Shown here one piece after another: positions 45,825-55,083 of a stretch of 61,698 nucleotides of DNA. The stretch spans positions 1-61,698 of the forward strand of contig JANPBJ010000183.1 in NCBI GenBank assembly GCA_031430375.1. Direction: 5' to 3'. Made by a program: the position numbers and the translations under genes. Numbering within the stretch: the first letter of the stretch is position 1; every line of letters starts with the position of its first letter. This stretch comes from Acidimicrobiia bacterium. GTDB lineage: Bacteria; Actinomycetota; Acidimicrobiia; IMCC26256; JAENVU01. Below the pieces are notes generated by a model. It did no database searches. It had not been told where the DNA came from and saw only the letters and a list, made by a program, of their open reading frames with translations.

Positions 45825-47482
45825 GCGCGGACGCCCCCTGAACTTGGTGACGTCGGTGCGCCGGATACCTCGAGGAGGCGCGCTCCACCGGAGGCGGTCT
45901 CCCGATCGAGCCAGCGGGCTACCACCATGAGTTCGTCCACACGCCGTCGGTCGAGCAACGGCAGGTCCGCTCCGGATGTTGGCGAGTTCGGCGCTGACGG
46001 CGCTTGGACGTCCCCGGCGGTGAGGTCCAGCTCGCGCTCGCCGAACACGAGACGACCATTGTCCAAGGTTACGATCCCGCTGTCGACGGCAATCACCATT
46101 CGCCCACTCGTGGAGAGCCACTGCAACGTCTGGCGCCGACGCAGCATGCGGCTCAACCCCGCGAGCCGGTCGCGGGTCAGCGCGGCCTCTTCGAATCGTT
46201 CGTCCGACGCGAGCGAGTTCATCCGTTGCTCGAGTGGATCGAGCAGCAGCCTCGGCTCGCCGGAGAGACCGCGCTTTACGACGTCGACGACCGCCGCGTA
46301 ATCCAGCTCGCTGATCTGGCCGCGACACGGACAGCTGGCCACGCCGAGCTGTGCCGGCGCGCAGGGAGCGTCGCAGGTGATGACGGCGGTACGGGCCACG
46401 CGGGTCTTGCACCGCCGCATGGGCATCGCCGTCTCGATGGCTTCCCGCACGGTATGGGCGGCGCGGGTGGATGAGAACGGACCGAGGTACAGGCACTCGT
46501 CGTCTTTGACCGCGCGTACGACGGTGAGGCGCGGGAACCGTTCCGTCGACGTGAGTTTCAGATAGGCGACCGACCGCCACCGCTTTCCCTGCTGATTAAA
46601 CCGCGGCTCGAGTTCCTGGATGAGTCGGGTCTCCCGCACCGATGCCTCGAGTTCGTGGCTGCACGCGATCCAGTCGATCGCCTCGGTCTCACGGAGGAGT
46701 TGCGGGACTTTCTTGCGGTCGTCGCCACCGAAGTACGAGCGAACGCGCGACCGGAGGTTCGTTGCTTTTCCCACGTAGAGGATCCGGCCACCGCGATCCT
46801 TCATCATGTAGACGCCGGGGGTACGGGGGAGTCGCGCGGTCAAACGAAGTTTGCTCGCGGAGGGGTGCGCTCGAATCGTGGGCAACGCGAGCAGATCGTC
46901 GAGGCCGAGCACGCCGAAGGTGCCTGCCCGTTCAAGGAGAGCATGAAGCACTTCGGCGGTCGCGCTCGCGTCGGCAAACGCTCGGTGCGTCGGTTCCACC
47001 GAAACTCGTAGGTGGCGCGCCAATGTTCCGAGTTTGAGGTCGGGTACCTCGTCGCGAACCAAGCGGCGGGCGAGCCCGAGCGTGTCGACGCGGCGTTGAC
47101 TCAACTTCGGATAGCCGTGGCCCACGAGAGCGGCGTCGAGAAACGAAATGTCGAACCGGATGTTGTGGCCGACAATCACCGAGCTGCCGATGAACTCGAG
47201 GAGTGGTGGCAGCACTTCACCGATGGGCGGTGCCGGGATCAACATCGACTCGGTGATCCCGGTGAGGATGGTGATGAACGGCGGGAGCGGGACCCCTGGG
47301 TTCACCAGCGTGTCGAAGGTGCCGAGGCATTCGCCACCGCGGTACTTCACCGCGCCCACCTCGGTGATCGCACAATCGTTGGGCGAGGCGCCGGTGGTTT
47401 CGAGGTCGAGGACCACGAACGTGACCTCCGACAGAGGGCACCCGAGATCGTCGAAACTGGCTTGGCTGGGGGAGCGCAACAC
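45782..47482 (-). CDS. DEDDh exonuclease / GIY-YIG (DnaQ-UvrC) fusion, Rv2191-like
   Basis: VLDLETTG, HNIRFD, HRAFADA; PGVY..LYVGKA..LRSRVRSYF; Cys cluster and UVR motif (FEEAA..RD). Confidence 0.92.
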   Translation of the reverse strand: MLRSPSQASFDDLGCPLSEVTFVVLDLETTGASPNDCAITEVGAVKYRGGECLGTFDTLVNPGVPLPPFITILTGITESMLIPAPPIGEVLPPLLEFIGSSVIVGHNIRFDISFLDAALVGHGYPKLSQRRVDTLGLARRLVRDEVPDLKLGTLARHLRVSVEPTHRAFADASATAEVLHALLERAGTFGVLGLDDLLALPTIRAHPSASKLRLTARLPRTPGVYMMKDRGGRILYVGKATNLRSRVRSYFGGDDRKKVPQLLRETEAIDWIACSHELEASVRETRLIQELEPRFNQQGKRWRSVAYLKLTSTERFPRLTVVRAVKDDECLYLGPFSSTRAAHTVREAIETAMPMRRCKTRVARTAVITCDAPCAPAQLGVASCPCRGQISELDYAAVVDVVKRGLSGEPRLLLDPLEQRMNSLASDERFEEAALTRDRLAGLSRMLRRRQTLQWLSTSGRMVIAVDSGIVTLDNGRLVFGERELDLTAGDVQAPSAPNSPTSGADLPLLDRRRVDELMVVARWLDRETASGGARLLEVSGAPTSPSSGGVRAYEPASRRGIRRGR

Positions 47483-47496
47483 CGCGCCGACCTTAG

Positions 47497-47512
47497 ACGA
47501 ACACATGTTCGA
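47497..47512. promoter_or_regulatory. LexA (SOS) box
   Basis: ACGAAC-ACAT-GTTCGA matches the actinobacterial consensus TCGAAC-N4-GTTCGA at 11 of 12 positions. It abuts a TAAGGT -10 (minus strand, 47490-47495). Confidence 0.85.
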
Positions 47513-47543
47513 AGCGGCGGATGCTCGGTAAGATCACGCTCTC

Positions 47544-47759
47544 ATGGAGTCCTCGACGAGATACCGCTGCGGTGGGTGCGGAAACCTGACCCGATTCGAC
47601 GTGACGGTGACCCGGCGCACGAAAGAGTTCCGTCACTTCACGGTGGCCGGAGACCTGGAGATCGAGTCCGTCGAGATCCTGGCCGAAGATGTGGAAGCCG
47701 TGGCGTGCCGCTGGTGTGGTGCCACCGGTGACCGCGTGGAGACCATCGTCGCCGGCTGA
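47544..47759 (+). CDS. Small Zn-binding hypothetical protein
   Basis: RCGGCGNLTRFDV ... CRWCG. TAAGAT -10 at 47529. Confidence 0.8.
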   Translation: MESSTRYRCGGCGNLTRFDVTVTRRTKEFRHFTVAGDLEIESVEILAEDVEAVACRWCGATGDRVETIVAG

Positions 47760-47766
47760 TACCAGG

Positions 47767-48186
47767 CTATTCGCCGACGATGGTGACGACGAGGCGCCGG
47801 CTACGGGCGCGGTCGTCGAAATCGATGCAGACCACCCGCTGCCAGACGCCGAGCATCAACTCGCTCGCGGTCACCGGAATCGTGGCCGATGGGCCGATGA
47901 TCCCGGCGCGGGCATGGCTGTGACCATTGGTATCGGCGTTGCGCTCGTTGTGTTCCCAGCGATCCGACTCCGGCGCGATCCGTTCCATCACGGTGTTGAT
48001 ATCGGCGTTACATCCGGGCTCCGCCTCGATGATGGTGAGGCCACACGTACTGTGCGCGACGAACACGGTGGTGATTCCCTCGGCGATGCCGCTGTTCGCC
48101 AGCGCCTTCTGGGTGAGGTCGGTGACGTCGATGACTTCACCGTCACCACGAGTGTCGAGGGTGAATGTTTCGTGGTGAACGGCCAT
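47767..48186 (-). CDS. yjbQ: YjbQ / UPF0047 family protein
   Basis: HSTCGLTIIE, WEHN, NGHSH, LGVWQ, DFD. Confidence 0.9.
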   Translation of the reverse strand: MAVHHETFTLDTRGDGEVIDVTDLTQKALANSGIAEGITTVFVAHSTCGLTIIEAEPGCNADINTVMERIAPESDRWEHNERNADTNGHSHARAGIIGPSATIPVTASELMLGVWQRVVCIDFDDRARSRRLVVTIVGE

Positions 48187-48254
48187 GAATCAGTGAGCCT
48201 AAGTGCCCGGCGATGGTCGACCCCGATCCGCCGTGTGGCTGCAAGAATGCCCCG

Positions 48255-49391
48255 GTGCCTCGTCCTGTTCAGTTGCAATCCGACCGGGGGAACCCGCGCC
48301 TCAAGTTCATCGATCGGTACGTCGGAATCCCGGTGGTGGCCGCCTTTGGGCTGCGGCGACGGCTCCGACGGCCCCGCGTGGTCCCGTCCAGCTGGAACAC
48401 CATCGGCATCTTGCTGACGGCCGGGATCGGCGACACCGTGGTGGCGACCGGGGTCCTCAACGACCTCCGGGCAGCTCGACCCGACGCCCGGATCGTGTTG
48501 TTCGTGACCGCGAACAACGCGAGCTTCGCCCGCATGCTCACGGTGCCTGACGCGATTGTTGAACTCCCGGTGCGTCAGGTGTGGTCCGCGGTGCGCGCGG
48601 TCCGGGCCGAGCACTGCGATGTCATCCTCGACATGAGTGCGTGGCGTCGATTTGATGCTGCGCTCGCGAACCTCTCGGGCGCCGCTGTGACGGTGGGCCT
48701 GCGCACTCCGGGCCAACATCGCCACCTGGGACACGACATCGTGGTCGACCATCGCCAAGACCACGAGGTTGAGAACGATCGCCGCTTGCTTGAAGCTATC
48801 GGCATCGAATCACCCTCGGCACCGAAGCTCTCAATCCCCGCCGGCGGAGTTGCTCCGCTTGAATCGCCCTACGTGATCCTGCACCTCTGGCCCGGGGGTG
48901 CCAACTTCGAGGAGCGGTCCTGGCCCATCGTGAAGTGGCGCAAACTCGCGGGGCTCCTCCAATCCCGCGGATTCGAGATTGTGTTGACTGGGGGGCCCGG
49001 CGACGTCGAGGTCACCCAGGCACTCGTCGACGCCTGGGGAGCTGAAGGGATCACCGTGCATCTCGCCGCCGGGGGGACGTGGAACGAGAGTTTGATCTGG
49101 CTCGGCTTCGCGGCCGGCGTGATCAGCGTGAACACGGGCGTGATGCACGTTGGGGCCGCGTTGGGTACTCCCACCGTTGCAATCAATGGCCCGACGAGCG
49201 GTCGGCGCTGGGGGCCGCTCGGTCCGTATGCCCGGTGTGTCGCATCCCCGATGGTTCCCGACGGCTACCTGAACCTGGGTTTTGAGCGCGACGATCGGTA
49301 CCGAGACTGTATGGATGCGATCAGCGTCGATGCGGTGGCCGCCGCATGGGACGACCTCCATACCGAAGCCGTCGCTGCGGGCCGCGATTGA
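48255..49391 (+). CDS. Glycosyltransferase family 9 (heptosyltransferase-like)
   Basis: IDRYVG.P, GIGD, HEVE, RSWP..KW, SVNTGVMHVGAALGTPTVAINGPT..RWGP. Start uncertain (48213 or 48255). Confidence 0.85.
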   Translation: MPRPVQLQSDRGNPRLKFIDRYVGIPVVAAFGLRRRLRRPRVVPSSWNTIGILLTAGIGDTVVATGVLNDLRAARPDARIVLFVTANNASFARMLTVPDAIVELPVRQVWSAVRAVRAEHCDVILDMSAWRRFDAALANLSGAAVTVGLRTPGQHRHLGHDIVVDHRQDHEVENDRRLLEAIGIESPSAPKLSIPAGGVAPLESPYVILHLWPGGANFEERSWPIVKWRKLAGLLQSRGFEIVLTGGPGDVEVTQALVDAWGAEGITVHLAAGGTWNESLIWLGFAAGVISVNTGVMHVGAALGTPTVAINGPTSGRRWGPLGPYARCVASPMVPDGYLNLGFERDDRYRDCMDAISVDAVAAAWDDLHTEAVAAGRD

Positions 49392-49464
49392 CGCTCTCCG
49401 TGACGGTCATCTACGGTGCAGCCTCGCTCTCCTCGGAGAGAACCGCGGTTGGGGGAACCGGAAC

Positions 49465-50163
49465 ATGGCGTTGAACGCGTACCGTGAGCTGAAGATCACA
49501 CCGATCGCGCCGCCGTCGACACCGCTACCGGCGTATTCGAATCCAGGCACCCGACCCTTCACCGACGCCGTGCAACGGGTGATCGATGTGATCGGCTCCG
49601 GCGTGCTGCTGGTGTTGGTCTCGCCGATTCTCCTGGCTGCCGCACTCATGGTCAGGGTCACGTCACGGGGTCCCGCATTGTTTTGGCAGGACCGCTATGG
49701 CCGTCACGAAGAGCTCTTCCGAGTGGTGAAGCTTCGCACGATGGTGGTGGACCAAGGCAAAGTGATCGACCTCGTCCGCGTTGAGGAGCTCGAGCGGGTT
49801 GGGGTGCTCGCGAAGTCCGACGACGACCCGCGTGTCACGGCAGTCGGCAAGTTTTTGCGGCGGTCCAGTATCGATGAACTCCCGCAGCTCTGGAATGTCC
49901 TGCGCGGCGATATGAGCCTGGTGGGACCGCGGCCGTTGTTGCCGTTCATGCTCGAGCCGTACCCGGAACTGCGTCGGGTGCGTTGTGCAGTTCGTCCGGG
50001 GGTGACCGGGCTTTGGCAAGTCAGCAAGCGTGACGACAACACGAGTGCGTTGTCGATGGCCGACGAGGACCTTGCTTACATCGAGAATCGCAGCGTTGGG
50101 AACGACATCAGCATCATGCTTCGTACGATTCCCGCCATCCTGCGCGGCTCCGGCGCGGTGTGA
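49465..50163 (+). CDS. Phosphoglycosyl transferase (bacterial sugar transferase, small PglC-like)
   Basis: One hydrophobic helix, [41 protein letters not shown]. Confidence 0.92.
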   Translation: MALNAYRELKITPIAPPSTPLPAYSNPGTRPFTDAVQRVIDVIGSGVLLVLVSPILLAAALMVRVTSRGPALFWQDRYGRHEELFRVVKLRTMVVDQGKVIDLVRVEELERVGVLAKSDDDPRVTAVGKFLRRSSIDELPQLWNVLRGDMSLVGPRPLLPFMLEPYPELRRVRCAVRPGVTGLWQVSKRDDNTSALSMADEDLAYIENRSVGNDISIMLRTIPAILRGSGAV

Positions 50164-51515
50164 AGACCGACACACTGATTCTCGGTGGCGGTCTCGCGGG
50201 TCTGAGTGCCGCCTACCACGCCGATCGCGACTATCTGATTCTCGAACGCGAGTCACGGGTCGGTGGACTGTGTCGCACCAACTGGTACGACGGCTTTGGG
50301 TTTGATCTTTCGATCCACATCCTCTTCACGAAGCAGCCCGATCTGGCGCGCCTCATCTGTGACGACCTGCTGCAAGGTCACTACCACGACCACACTCGGA
50401 GTTCTTGGGTGTTCAGCCACGACGTCTACACGGGGTATCCGTTCCAGGGGAGCCTGCACGGTCTCCCGGTCGATGTCGCCACCGACTGCTTGCTCGGACT
50501 CATCGAGGCACATCGCGCGCCGCCGGCCACGGCGCCCGCCAACTTCGCGGAGTGGGCCAAGGCCACGTTCGGCGACGGCATCGCAAAGCATTTCTTTCTG
50601 CCCTACAACGAACGGGTGTGGGCCACGCCGCCGGAGGAGATGGACTTCCGTTGGATTGCCGATCGGGTGCCGGTGCCGGATCTGGCCGAGACGATACGCG
50701 GAGCGTTGGAGCCGCCGACGATTCGATACGGCCCGAACTCCTCGTTCTGGTACCCGATCGAAGGCGGTATCGAAGCGCTGCCCCGCGCGTTGCTGGCATC
50801 ACTGGATCCGGAACGGGTACGCCTCGACACCGCGGTCGTTGCGATCGACCCGACTCGGCAGTCGGTGACCACGACCGCCGGCGACGTGTTCGAGTACGCC
50901 GAACTCATCTCGTCGCTGCCGTTGCCGGTGTTGGCTCGACTCACTGCCCACGCGCCCGAACGGGTCAAGGCTGCGGCGGCCCGGCTGCAGTGGAACACCG
51001 TGTACACCGTGTTGCTCGGCATCCGGCGCGAAGCGATTTCGGATCACCACTGGGTCTACTTCCACGAGGACAAGTTCACGTTCCATCGGATCAGCTACCC
51101 GATGAACTTCTCCCCGACTCTGGTCCCGCAGGGTTGTTCCTCAATCATGGCGGAGATCTCCCATTCTGCGTATCGCGATATGAGTGGGCGCGATCTCGTC
51201 GCCGAGACCATCGCGGGCCTACAAGCGGCGGGCATCTTGCGTGCTGATGATGAGATCGTGTTTGGACAGGTCGCGCCCATCAACCCTGCCTACGTGATTT
51301 ACACACTCGACCACGAGGAAGCGGTGGGCACCATCTTGGAGTGGTTGCAGGGGCAGGGGATTCACACAGTCGGTCGATTCGGTGAATGGCAGTACTTCAA
51401 CATGGACCAGGCGATCGGGAGCGGCCGCGACGCGATGCGGTCCATTCAGGGGGGCTCGATCGATCTCACGGCCGCCGAGAGGGTCGACGCCGGCACTGGT
51501 ATCCCCGTTCGCTGA
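50160..51515 (+). CDS. FAD-dependent oxidoreductase, UDP-galactopyranose mutase / protoporphyrinogen oxidase-like fold
   Basis: ILGGGLAGL, GGLC, PYNERVW, FWYP..GG, GRFGEWQYFNMDQ. GTGA overlap with the upstream gene. Confidence 0.8.
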   Translation: MKTDTLILGGGLAGLSAAYHADRDYLILERESRVGGLCRTNWYDGFGFDLSIHILFTKQPDLARLICDDLLQGHYHDHTRSSWVFSHDVYTGYPFQGSLHGLPVDVATDCLLGLIEAHRAPPATAPANFAEWAKATFGDGIAKHFFLPYNERVWATPPEEMDFRWIADRVPVPDLAETIRGALEPPTIRYGPNSSFWYPIEGGIEALPRALLASLDPERVRLDTAVVAIDPTRQSVTTTAGDVFEYAELISSLPLPVLARLTAHAPERVKAAAARLQWNTVYTVLLGIRREAISDHHWVYFHEDKFTFHRISYPMNFSPTLVPQGCSSIMAEISHSAYRDMSGRDLVAETIAGLQAAGILRADDEIVFGQVAPINPAYVIYTLDHEEAVGTILEWLQGQGIHTVGRFGEWQYFNMDQAIGSGRDAMRSIQGGSIDLTAAERVDAGTGIPVR

Positions 51516-51559
51516 ACCTTCTCGCGGGCATGGTCTCACCCTCGTGTCATGGTGGACCG

Positions 51560-51754
51560 GTGATCATTAGCTGCGATGAATGTGTGATGCGGGAGACCTC
51601 GGCGTGTGACGATTGCATGGTGTCGTTCCTCGTCAGCCGGGAGCCGGGCGATGCCGTCGTGATTGATGTCGCGGCCGAACGCGCGGTGCGGATGCTCGCT
51701 CGGGCCGGTCTGGTGCCCCAGCTCCGCCACCTGCCCCGGACGGGTTCGTCCTAG
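51560..51754 (+). CDS. Small Cys-rich hypothetical protein
   Basis: ISCDECVM...CDDCMVSFL ... AGLVPQLR. Confidence 0.75.
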   Translation: MIISCDECVMRETSACDDCMVSFLVSREPGDAVVIDVAAERAVRMLARAGLVPQLRHLPRTGSS

Positions 51755-51764
51755 CTCAGAGCCC

Positions 51765-51950
51765 CTACGCGATCAGGCGTCCGTCGATGGTCCCAACGAA
51801 GACCTTGCCGAGCGCGGGCACCGGACCGGCGGTGTTGATCGCGTCGACGTTCGTCGACCACAGCGCCGAGCGGCTCGACGCGCCGCAGCCGGCCGCCCCG
51901 AAGGCCGCCAGCGTGCCGCTACTCGAGGCGACGTAGACAATCAAGCGCAC
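51765..51950 (-). pseudogene. Remnant of a PQQ-like beta-propeller repeat protein
   Basis: VYVASSSGTLAAF.AAGCG...LWS and GKVFVGT.DGRL. Only the last 1-2 blades remain. Confidence 0.5.
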
Positions 51951-51959
51951 TGATGGTGG

Positions 51960-52685
51960 TCACGGCGAGACTTGCGCATCATGCGGGACCACGGTGTTGG
52001 CGCCGTCGAATGTGGGGAACAGGAATCGGAGGAATCCGTATGCGATGACGGCGCCCACGAGCTGCGCCGCGATGAAGCCCGCAACGTCGGCCGGTTCGAT
52101 GCCGGCGAACGTGTCGGTGAAGGCGCGGCCGATGGTGACTGCCGGGTTGGCGAAGCTCGTTGAACTGGTAAAAAAGTACGCGCTGCCGATGTAGGCACCC
52201 ACCGCGAATGGCGTGGCCCGCCCGTTCCCGCCACGCACCGAACCAAAGATCACGAGCACGAGCCCGACCGTCGCGACTCCTTCGGCGAGCCAGATTCCGG
52301 AACCGCTCCGGGCCTTGGTCGACCACTCGACCGCCGACAGGTCGAACATCAGGTTGGCGAGGATCGAGCCGCTGATCGCGCCGGTGATCTGCGCGGCGAT
52401 GTATACGCCAAGTGCGTGCAGGGCCAACCCGCCGAGTCGCCAGTCGATCAAGCTCACGACCGGGTTGAAGTGCGCGCCCGAGATCGAACCGAAGGCGAGG
52501 ATCAGCGCGATGAGTCCGCCGGCCGTCGCGAACGAGTTCTCGAACAGTTGCAGGCCGACGTCGGTGGGGGAGAGGCGCGACGCCATGATCCCCGAGCCAA
52601 CGACGACCGCCACCAGCAACATCGTGCCGAGGTATTCGGCGAGGGCTTGGCGCGCGAGTGTGCGCGGCATCGGCTGGCGCGTCAT
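51960..52685 (-). CDS. aqpS: MIP-family aquaglyceroporin, AqpS-like arsenite channel
   Basis: GSGIMA, SGAHFNPVVS, FTSSTSFANPAVT, DTFAGI. Coupled to arsR. Confidence 0.85.
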   Translation of the reverse strand: MTRQPMPRTLARQALAEYLGTMLLVAVVVGSGIMASRLSPTDVGLQLFENSFATAGGLIALILAFGSISGAHFNPVVSLIDWRLGGLALHALGVYIAAQITGAISGSILANLMFDLSAVEWSTKARSGSGIWLAEGVATVGLVLVIFGSVRGGNGRATPFAVGAYIGSAYFFTSSTSFANPAVTIGRAFTDTFAGIEPADVAGFIAAQLVGAVIAYGFLRFLFPTFDGANTVVPHDAQVSP

Positions 52686-53026
52686 TGGTGTGCAGGGACC
52701 GGTTCGCCGGCTAGCGCGTCGCGCAAGACCGCGAACCGCTCCGGCGCCACGGAGTACCAGGCCCACTTCCCACGCTTCTCGCGACGCAGCAAACCGGCGT
52801 CGGTGAGGACCGACAGGTGGTGGCTGATGGTCGGCTGGCTCTTGCCGAGTGGGGTGGTCAGATTGCAGGCGCAGGTCTCGCCCTCGGCGGCCACGATGCT
52901 GAGGAGGCGGAGGCGCACCGGGTCGGCCATCACTTTGAAGGCGTCGGCGAGATCCTCCGCAGCGGCCTCGCTGAGCGGCGCGGCGAGCAGACCATCGCAG
53001 CAGGCGGTGATCGGTTGTACGTCCAT
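52682..53026 (-). CDS. arsR: ArsR/SmtB metalloregulator
   Basis: N-terminal CC, ADPVRLRL, CAC, SQPTISHHL, AGL..REKRG.W. Confidence 0.93.
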   Translation of the reverse strand: MDVQPITACCDGLLAAPLSEAAAEDLADAFKVMADPVRLRLLSIVAAEGETCACNLTTPLGKSQPTISHHLSVLTDAGLLRREKRGKWAWYSVAPERFAVLRDALAGEPVPAHQ

Positions 53027-53094
53027 CAAAACCTCTCGTTCTCGCACCCGGCACTGGCAAGGTGATGCGACTGGCGTCACGTCGATGAGTGTCA

Positions 53095-53142
53095 TATTGA
53101 CATCCGTCGATACGGTAACTATATATTGATCAGCGTCGATAC
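53095..53142. promoter_or_regulatory. Tandem ArsR-type operators in the divergent arsR/arsI promoter
   Basis: TATTGACATCCGTCGATAC (53095) and TATTGATCAGCGTCGATAC (53124). Each is an imperfect palindrome ATTGA-N6-TCGAT, and they are 29 bp apart. Confidence 0.7.
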
Positions 53143-53186
53143 AACAGTGATCGATGGATGAAACATTTGACGAACGGAGCCCGACC

Positions 53187-53648
53187 ATGGAAACAACCCT
53201 CGCACCCGACCTCGCAGCCCCCGCCTCGGGGCGGCTCCAGCTCGCGCTCAACGTCGACAATCTCGATGACGCCATCGCCTTCTACACGAAAATGTTTGGT
53301 ACCGGCCCGGTCAAGGTGAAGCCGGGGTACGCCAACTTCGCGATTGCCGCACCGCCACTCAAGCTCGTTTTGTTCTCGGGAGTAGGAGAGCCCGGGACTC
53401 TGAATCACCTCGGTGTCGAAGTGCCGAGCGCGGAGGCCGTGGCCGCCGCCGATGTGCGCCTCGCCGCCGTTGGGCTCGCAACCACTGAGGTTGCCGAGAC
53501 CACCTGTTGCTTCGCGGCCAAGACCGAGACCTGGCTCGAAGCGCCCGACGGTCAGCGCTGGGAGTGGTACGTGAAGCACGATGACATCGACGAGTTCGGC
53601 AAGGACGATGCCGTAGCTTCCACGACGGGCTCCACCTGTTGCCCCTGA
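53187..53648 (+). CDS. arsI: ArsI/CadI family VOC metalloenzyme (C-As lyase-like)
   Basis: QLALNV, PGYANF, LNHLG, TCC vicinal pair, PDG..WEWY, C-terminal CC. Alternative start at 53154. Confidence 0.85.
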   Translation: METTLAPDLAAPASGRLQLALNVDNLDDAIAFYTKMFGTGPVKVKPGYANFAIAAPPLKLVLFSGVGEPGTLNHLGVEVPSAEAVAAADVRLAAVGLATTEVAETTCCFAAKTETWLEAPDGQRWEWYVKHDDIDEFGKDDAVASTTGSTCCP

Positions 53649-53690
53649 TTTGGTTGCTCGAAGCGGAGAGCCGATGGGCGTTGCGAAGCG

Positions 53691-54881
53691 TTAGTCCGTG
53701 ACTTCGGACCGGAGTGCTCCGACGGTCGCGGTTGCTCGGGAACGATGCGCGAACGGATCGAACTGGTAGATGCGCATCGCGTTCTCGTGGGTGAACTTGT
53801 TCACGACCGCGTCTTCGATTCCGGCCATCTGTTTGGTGACCGACTCCGGCGAGTTCGGCCAACTTGAATCGGAGTGCGGGTAGTCGCATTCCCAGGTGAC
53901 ACTGTCGAGCCCGATCGCGGCGCGCTGTTCCACGCCGGCGCGGTCGCTGATGAAGCAGAACGAGAAGTGGTCGCGCGCCACCTGGCTCGGCGGGGTGTCA
54001 CCGAAGTCTTGGCCGGTCCAGAAATGATGCTGGTGGTAGACGTAGTCGAGTCGCTCGAGCCAGTACGGGATCCAACCGGTGCCGCCTTCGCTCAGTGCGA
54101 ACTGCAGGTTGGGGAACTTGCGCAACACCGGACTCCAGACGAGGTCGGTCGCGGCCTGCATGGTGTTGAGCGGCGTGAGCGTGATCATCACGTCGATGGG
54201 CGCACCGGGTGCGATCTCGATCTGGGTGCTGCTCGAGCCGATGTGCAGGCAGATGACCGTGCCTTCGTCCTCGCACGCAGCGAAGAACGGGTCCCAGTGA
54301 CCATCGAAGATGTGGGGCCAGCCGAGCTTGTACGGGTTCTCCGAGAAGGTGACCGCGTGGCAGCCCTTCTTCGCGACCCGCCGCACTTCATCGGCCATGA
54401 GCTGCGGGTCCCAAATCGGTGGGATCGATAGCGGCATGAAACGGCCCGGGTACGTTCCGCACCACTCGTCGATGTGCCAGTCGTTGTAGGCGCGCAGCAG
54501 ATGGAGTGACGTGTCGAGATCCTTGGATTTGCTGAACAGCTGGCCGCAGAACTGCACGAAGCTCGGAAAGCACATCGAGCCGAGGACCCCGTTGCGGTTC
54601 ATGTCCTTCACGCGCTCGTGGATGTCGTAACAACCAGCGCGGATCATGTCGTAGGACGTCGGTTCGATGTTGTATTCCTCGGGCGGCCGACCGGCAACGG
54701 CGTTCAACCCGATGTTGGGAATCACGTTGCCTTCGAACTCCCAGACGTCGATGCCGTCGCGGTGCACGCTCTTCGGTGCGAACTCCTTCCACTTGGTCGG
54801 CAGGTGGTTGTCGAAGAGGGTGGGAGGTTCCACCACGTGGTCGTCCACGCTGACCAGGATCAGGTCTTCGGTCCGCATCAT
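53691..54881 (-). CDS. Amidohydrolase family protein
   Basis: SVDDHVVEP, AYNDW, LHIGS, SEGG.GW, ECDYPHSD. Confidence 0.9.
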   Translation of the reverse strand: MMRTEDLILVSVDDHVVEPPTLFDNHLPTKWKEFAPKSVHRDGIDVWEFEGNVIPNIGLNAVAGRPPEEYNIEPTSYDMIRAGCYDIHERVKDMNRNGVLGSMCFPSFVQFCGQLFSKSKDLDTSLHLLRAYNDWHIDEWCGTYPGRFMPLSIPPIWDPQLMADEVRRVAKKGCHAVTFSENPYKLGWPHIFDGHWDPFFAACEDEGTVICLHIGSSSTQIEIAPGAPIDVMITLTPLNTMQAATDLVWSPVLRKFPNLQFALSEGGTGWIPYWLERLDYVYHQHHFWTGQDFGDTPPSQVARDHFSFCFISDRAGVEQRAAIGLDSVTWECDYPHSDSSWPNSPESVTKQMAGIEDAVVNKFTHENAMRIYQFDPFAHRSRATATVGALRSEVTD

Positions 54882-54933
54882 GTTCCCCCGACTCGCGAAT
54901 ACTGACGTCCTCGTCAGGTTACGCCGAGTTCTC

Positions 54934-55080
54934 CGCCGCAGGCGCGAGCCGTGGCCCGAGCGGCCTGCGCCGCAGGCGCGAGAGCGGAAATCGAAGGCGA
55001 GGGCTACAAATCGCGCGGTCTAGCCGGTCGACGCCCGAGCCGTGGCCCGAGCGGCCTGCGCCGCAGGCGCGAGAGCGGGA
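54934..55080. repeat. Two identical 43-bp direct repeats (period 91) plus a partial copy; REP-like
   Basis: CGAGCCGTGGCCCGAGCGGCCTGCGCCGCAGGCGCGAGAGCGG at 54945-54987 and 55036-55078. Internal hairpin GCCTGCG-C-CGCAGGC. Confidence 0.85.
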
Positions 55081-55083
55081 AGG

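Noticed and set aside
54934-55080. Mini CRISPR array (43-bp repeats with a 48-bp spacer)
   Set aside because: Only two full copies, very GC-rich, a related copy is dispersed at 12886, and there are no cas genes or AT-rich leader. It fits a REP-like element better.
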